DNA of 64,000 nt from positions 11,594,001 to 11,658,000 of the forward strand of contig OX597827.1 in assembly GCA_951406725.2 (NCBI GenBank), in the 5' to 3' direction. The position numbers were made by a program, and so were the translations under genes. The DNA is from Octopus vulgaris (Eukaryota). Of this stretch, positions 60,121 through 64,000 are shown in pieces; the first letter of the stretch is position 1; each line of letters begins with the position of its first letter. The notes beneath the pieces are model-generated. The model had not been told where the DNA came from. It made no database searches and saw only the letters and a program-made list of their open reading frames with translations.

Positions 60121-60660
60121 GGTGGTGATGGTCGTGGTTATGGTGGTAGTGGTGGTTATGGTGGTAGTGGTGGTTATAGTGGTGGTGGTGGTTATGGTGG
60201 TGGTGGTGGTTATGGTGGTGGTGGTGGTTATGGTGGTGGTGGTGGTTATGGTGGTGGTGGTGGTTATGGTGGTGGTGGTGGTTATGGTGGTGGTGGTGGT
60301 TATGGTGGTGGTGGTGGTTATGGTGGTGGTGGTGGTTATGGTGGTGGTGGTGGTTATGGTGGTGGTGGTGGTTATGGTGGTGGTGGTGGTTATGGTGGTG
60401 GTGGTGGTTATGGTGGTAGTGGTGGTTATGGTGGTGGTGGTGGTTATGGTGGTGGTGGTGATTATGGTGGTGGTGGTGGTTATGGTGGTGGTGGTGGTTA
60501 TGGTGGTGGTGGTGGTTATGGTGGTAGTGGTGATTATGGTGGTGGTGGTGGTTATGGTGGTAGTGGTGATTATGGTGGTGGTGGTGGTTATGGTGGTGAT
60601 TTTGGTGGTGGTGGTAGTTATGGTGGTGATTATGGTGGTGGTGGTGGTGGGGGTGGTAGT
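60121..60660. repeat. 15-bp minisatellite (ggtggtggtggttat)n, about 35 units
   Basis: Direct reading; translates as (GGGGY)n in one frame. Confidence 0.9.
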
Positions 60661-60852
60661 ACACTTCAAAAACAAATTTTGTTTACAAGCATCTGTGAAA
60701 ATTTTGTGAAGAAAAATGGTGTCATTAGATTGTAAGAAATGGAAATGAAAATACATGAAGATAAGAACAGAAATGCTAAGCTGAAGTTGATGCAAGATTT
60801 TGCATTCATTGTTAAAGAAAGTTGAACCTTTGTCTTATCTGCTATGTGTTAT

Positions 60853-61233
60853 GGAAGCACTCCGTCAGTTACGACGACGAGGGTTCCGGTTGATCCGAAT
60901 CAGCGGAACAGCCTGCTCGTGAAATTAACGTGTAAGTGGCTGAGCACTCCACAGACACGTGTACCCTTAACGTAGTTCTCGATGATATTCAGCGTGACAC
61001 AGAGAGTGACAAGGCTGACCCTTGAAATACAGGTACAACAGAAACAGGAAGTAAGAGTGAGAGAAAGTTGTGGTGAAAGAGTACAGCAGGGATCACCACC
61101 ATCCCCTGCCGGAGCCTCGTGGAGCTTTAGGTGTTTTCACTCAATAAACACTCACAACGCCCGGTCTGAGAATCGAAACCGCGATCCTATGACCGCGAGT
61201 CCGCTGCCCTAACCACTGGGCCATTGCGCCTCC
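60853..61233 (-). mobile_element. SINE C
   Basis: Near-identical to 46909-47296, with TSD tgtgttat. A tail fragment also occurs at about 35486-35546. Confidence 0.9.
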
Positions 61234-61629
61234 TGTGTGTTATACAGTGAATACAAAGTTACTAACTTGAAATGCCACAATGAAGCAAATCATAAAACAC
61301 TTTGAGTATTTCGTCTTTTTTCTTTTTTTATAGGTGCAAGGTATGGTCGTGTGGTTGAGAAATTTGTTTAGTAACCACAGTTCAGTCCCATTATTCAGCA
61401 CCTTGGGCAAGTGTCTTCTACATTAGCCTGAGGCTAACCCAAAATTCTGAGTGGTTTTGGTACACAGAAACCAAAAGAAGCCCATCACATGCATACATGC
61501 ATACATTCTTTCTTACAGGAATGATGAGGTTATGTGCCTCCGGCCAGCAAATTTCTGTCTGTCACTGAAATATGGAAAAAATTAATCCAGAAATATAATT
61601 TCCTGCACCAAAGAAATCTAATTTGTGAC

Positions 61630-61841
61630 TTACTCTTTTACTCTTTTACTTGTTTCAGTCATTTGACTGCGGCCATGCTGGAGCACCGCTTTTAGTCGAT
61701 CAAATCGACGCTGGGACTTATTCTTTGTAAGCCCAGTACTTATTCTATCGGTCTCTTTTGCCGAACCGCTAAGTGACGGGGACGTAAACATACCAGCATC
61801 GGTTGTCAAGCAATGCTCGGGGGACAAACACAGACACACAA

Positions 61842-61884
<43 letters not shown>

Positions 61885-62050
61885 TACGACAGGCTTCTTT
61901 CAGTTTCCGTCTACCAAATCCACTCACAAAGCATTGGTCGGCCCAGGGCTATAGCAGAAGACACTTGCCCAAGATGCCACGCCGTGGGACTGAACCTGTA
62001 ACCATGTGGTTGGTTAGTAAGCTACTTACCACACAGCCACACCTGCACCT
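61630..62050 (-). mobile_element. SINE A, full length
   Basis: Reverse complement of the SINE A consensus. Confidence 0.92.
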
Positions 62051-62761
62051 ATATAAATTTCAGCTTAATGTACTGCTGTGAATTATGAATTACTGTAATC
62101 TGTAATGAAATTTGAGAACTCGAGGAATTATGTAAACCTTATAAATGAACATCAAACTAAGATAACACTGACAAGTATATTAGTCAGATTTCTCAATGAC
62201 ACACTATCAAAATGGAAGGTGACAAAAATCTCTAAAAGTACTAAATAACAGCTTTAATAGTCTGATAACTGTAACATTATTTGTCATAAAGTTATTATAA
62301 TAATATTGTAAATTTGTAAAGTGGAATCTGATTAAAATGTCTTTTATTTTTATTCGTTTTCTTCCTGCTTCTTATTTTCTTGTCATATTTTCTTACATGT
62401 TTTGATCAGATATTTACTAAGTCAAATGAATATAACTTATTTGATAGCATGAAAGATGCACAGTCATAGTAGATTCCACCCAATTTCAGTAGTTTGTATT
62501 CAGGGAAAATGTTTTTAGTACATAGAAGCTTATGGGAGGTCCAACTTTGAATATAGGACATGAAGTGATTTTTAGGCACAGGAGTGGTTGTGTGGTAAGT
62601 AGCTTGCTTACCGACCACATGGTTCTGGATTCAGTCCCACTGCATGGCACCTTGGGTAAGTGTCTTCTACTATAGCCTCGGTCCGACCAAAGCCTTGTGA
62701 GTGGATTTTGTAGATAGAAACTGAAAGAAGCCTGTTGTATATATGTATATATATATATATA

Positions 62762-63279
62762 TAGAAAATAGTAAAAAGTGAAAAAACTACAGAAGGCTTG
62801 TTTTAAAAGGTTAAAAAATATATATTTGCGTCAATATGTCTGAAAAATGTTATAAATTTTTTTCATACAATGACATAGTTTAGAAGAAATGACCAGTTTC
62901 GCGTTTAGCTTTTCAAATTTCTTAAATCGTTATGTTTACATTGAGCGGATATCTAGATAATAAGTGATTTCTTCCGGTGTATATATATTTGTTTTGTAAG
63001 ATTCTTGATGTGAAATCGTGAGTTGAAACAGATGTTGTTGTATTTAGGAATGGTCATTTTGCCAGTTTAACCGATAAAAACACACGCACTATATATTTGG
63101 TGTTACCTTGCTTCAGTGTTATTTATTTTTTACAGAAGTGTGACGAAAGAACTCTGGCCGAAATAAGATTAAGATTAATGTAAAAAATAAATACTGCTGA
63201 AGCAAATTAACACCAAATATATAGTGCATGTGTTTTTATTGGCTAAACTGACAAAATGACCATTCCTAAATACAACAAT
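62762..63279 (-). mobile_element. PLE-derived fragment related to 14677-15360, inserted in the internal (TA)n of a SINE A
   Basis: 62762-62981 is homologous to the reverse complement of about 15041-15320. It carries the same hammerhead, and has a roughly 100-bp inverted repeat at 63035-63132 / 63179-63279. Confidence 0.7.
62884..62923 (-). ncRNA. Minimal type I hammerhead ribozyme, U3:A8 variant (second copy)
   Basis: Minus strand reads aagaaat-TTGAAAA-gc(taaac)gc-GAA-actggt-C-atttctt, with a GUC triplet. Stems I and II and the core match the 15135 copy although the flanks have diverged. Confidence 0.65.
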
Positions 63280-64000
63280 ATATATATATATGTGTGTGTA
63301 TATGTTGTGTATCTGGTTGTCCCCCCAATGATGATAATGATGATGAACATCGCTTGACAACCGGTGCTGGTGTGTTTAGGTTCCCGTAACTTAGCAGTTC
63401 GACAAAAGAGACCGATAGAATAACTACTAGGCTTACAAAGAATAAGTCCTGGGGTCAATTTGATTCAACTAAAGGCGGTACTCCAGCATGGCCACAGTCA
63501 AATGACTGAAACAAGTAAAAGAGTAAAAAAGAGTAAAGAGAGAAAAAGTAGGTCATATATGGCAACAAATACAGGAGTTAATTAGAAATACCTGTTTTTT
63601 TCTTTTCTTATTTGAGGTACCAAAACGAAATATCACATTTCAGGTAATGAGTTCAAATCAACATAAAGCATATTGTAAATATATTTATTCGCTCAAAATA
63701 ATCAAAGTCTCTAACAATAGCTTTTTCTGCCTTGAAACCAGTGTTCTGATTCCTCAGCCAAAAATATCAGATTCTTAAGAAGAGACTAATGTTTGGCATT
63801 CCATTTCAATATTGTGCCTGGCTCTGTATATTTTTCCACAGGTAAAATATTCATGAGATCTGAATAAGCGAAGATTTGATAGTGTTAGGTTTAGTGAGTG
63901 GGGAGGGAGAAATAGTTTTCCAGCATTATGAATTTATCTTTTAGGGAGTTTTTTGCTGAATCTGCCTTGCATTATTATATTGCATTTCCTTTTCTATTAA

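Larger units (their letters stand above)
62575..63541 (+). mobile_element. SINE A split by a PLE insertion in its internal (TA)n
   Basis: 5' half at 62575-62761, 3' half at 63280-63541. Confidence 0.88.

Noticed and set aside
63001-63040. Additional hammerhead at ttgatgtg...gaaacag
   Set aside because: The core is degenerate and stems I and III cannot be formed.

Overview
AT-rich eukaryotic (animal) intronic or intergenic DNA. The SINE and microsatellite landscape resembles an octopus or other coleoid cephalopod genome; this is my inference and was not searched. I see no intact protein-coding gene: almost all ORFs in the track are microsatellite or SINE translations. The window contains about 20 copies of one tRNA-derived SINE (family A) and several other SINE families (B-D, G, H; labels are mine). 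It also holds TTAA-flanked MITEs, decayed RLE non-LTR retrotransposons (one Hero-like, two R4/Dong-like), a Tc1/maT transposase relic and two weak minus-strand exon candidates. The most interesting signal is four unrelated small element types sitting in or beside microsatellites, each with a hammerhead-ribozyme(-like) fold. These are a young Penelope-like element (GIY-YIG C-terminus, perfect 85-bp inverted terminal repeat, minimal hammerhead with a U3:A8 core, two copies), a tandem retrozyme-like array spaced by (TA)n, and two single hammerhead candidates. All alignments and folds were read by eye and none were computed.
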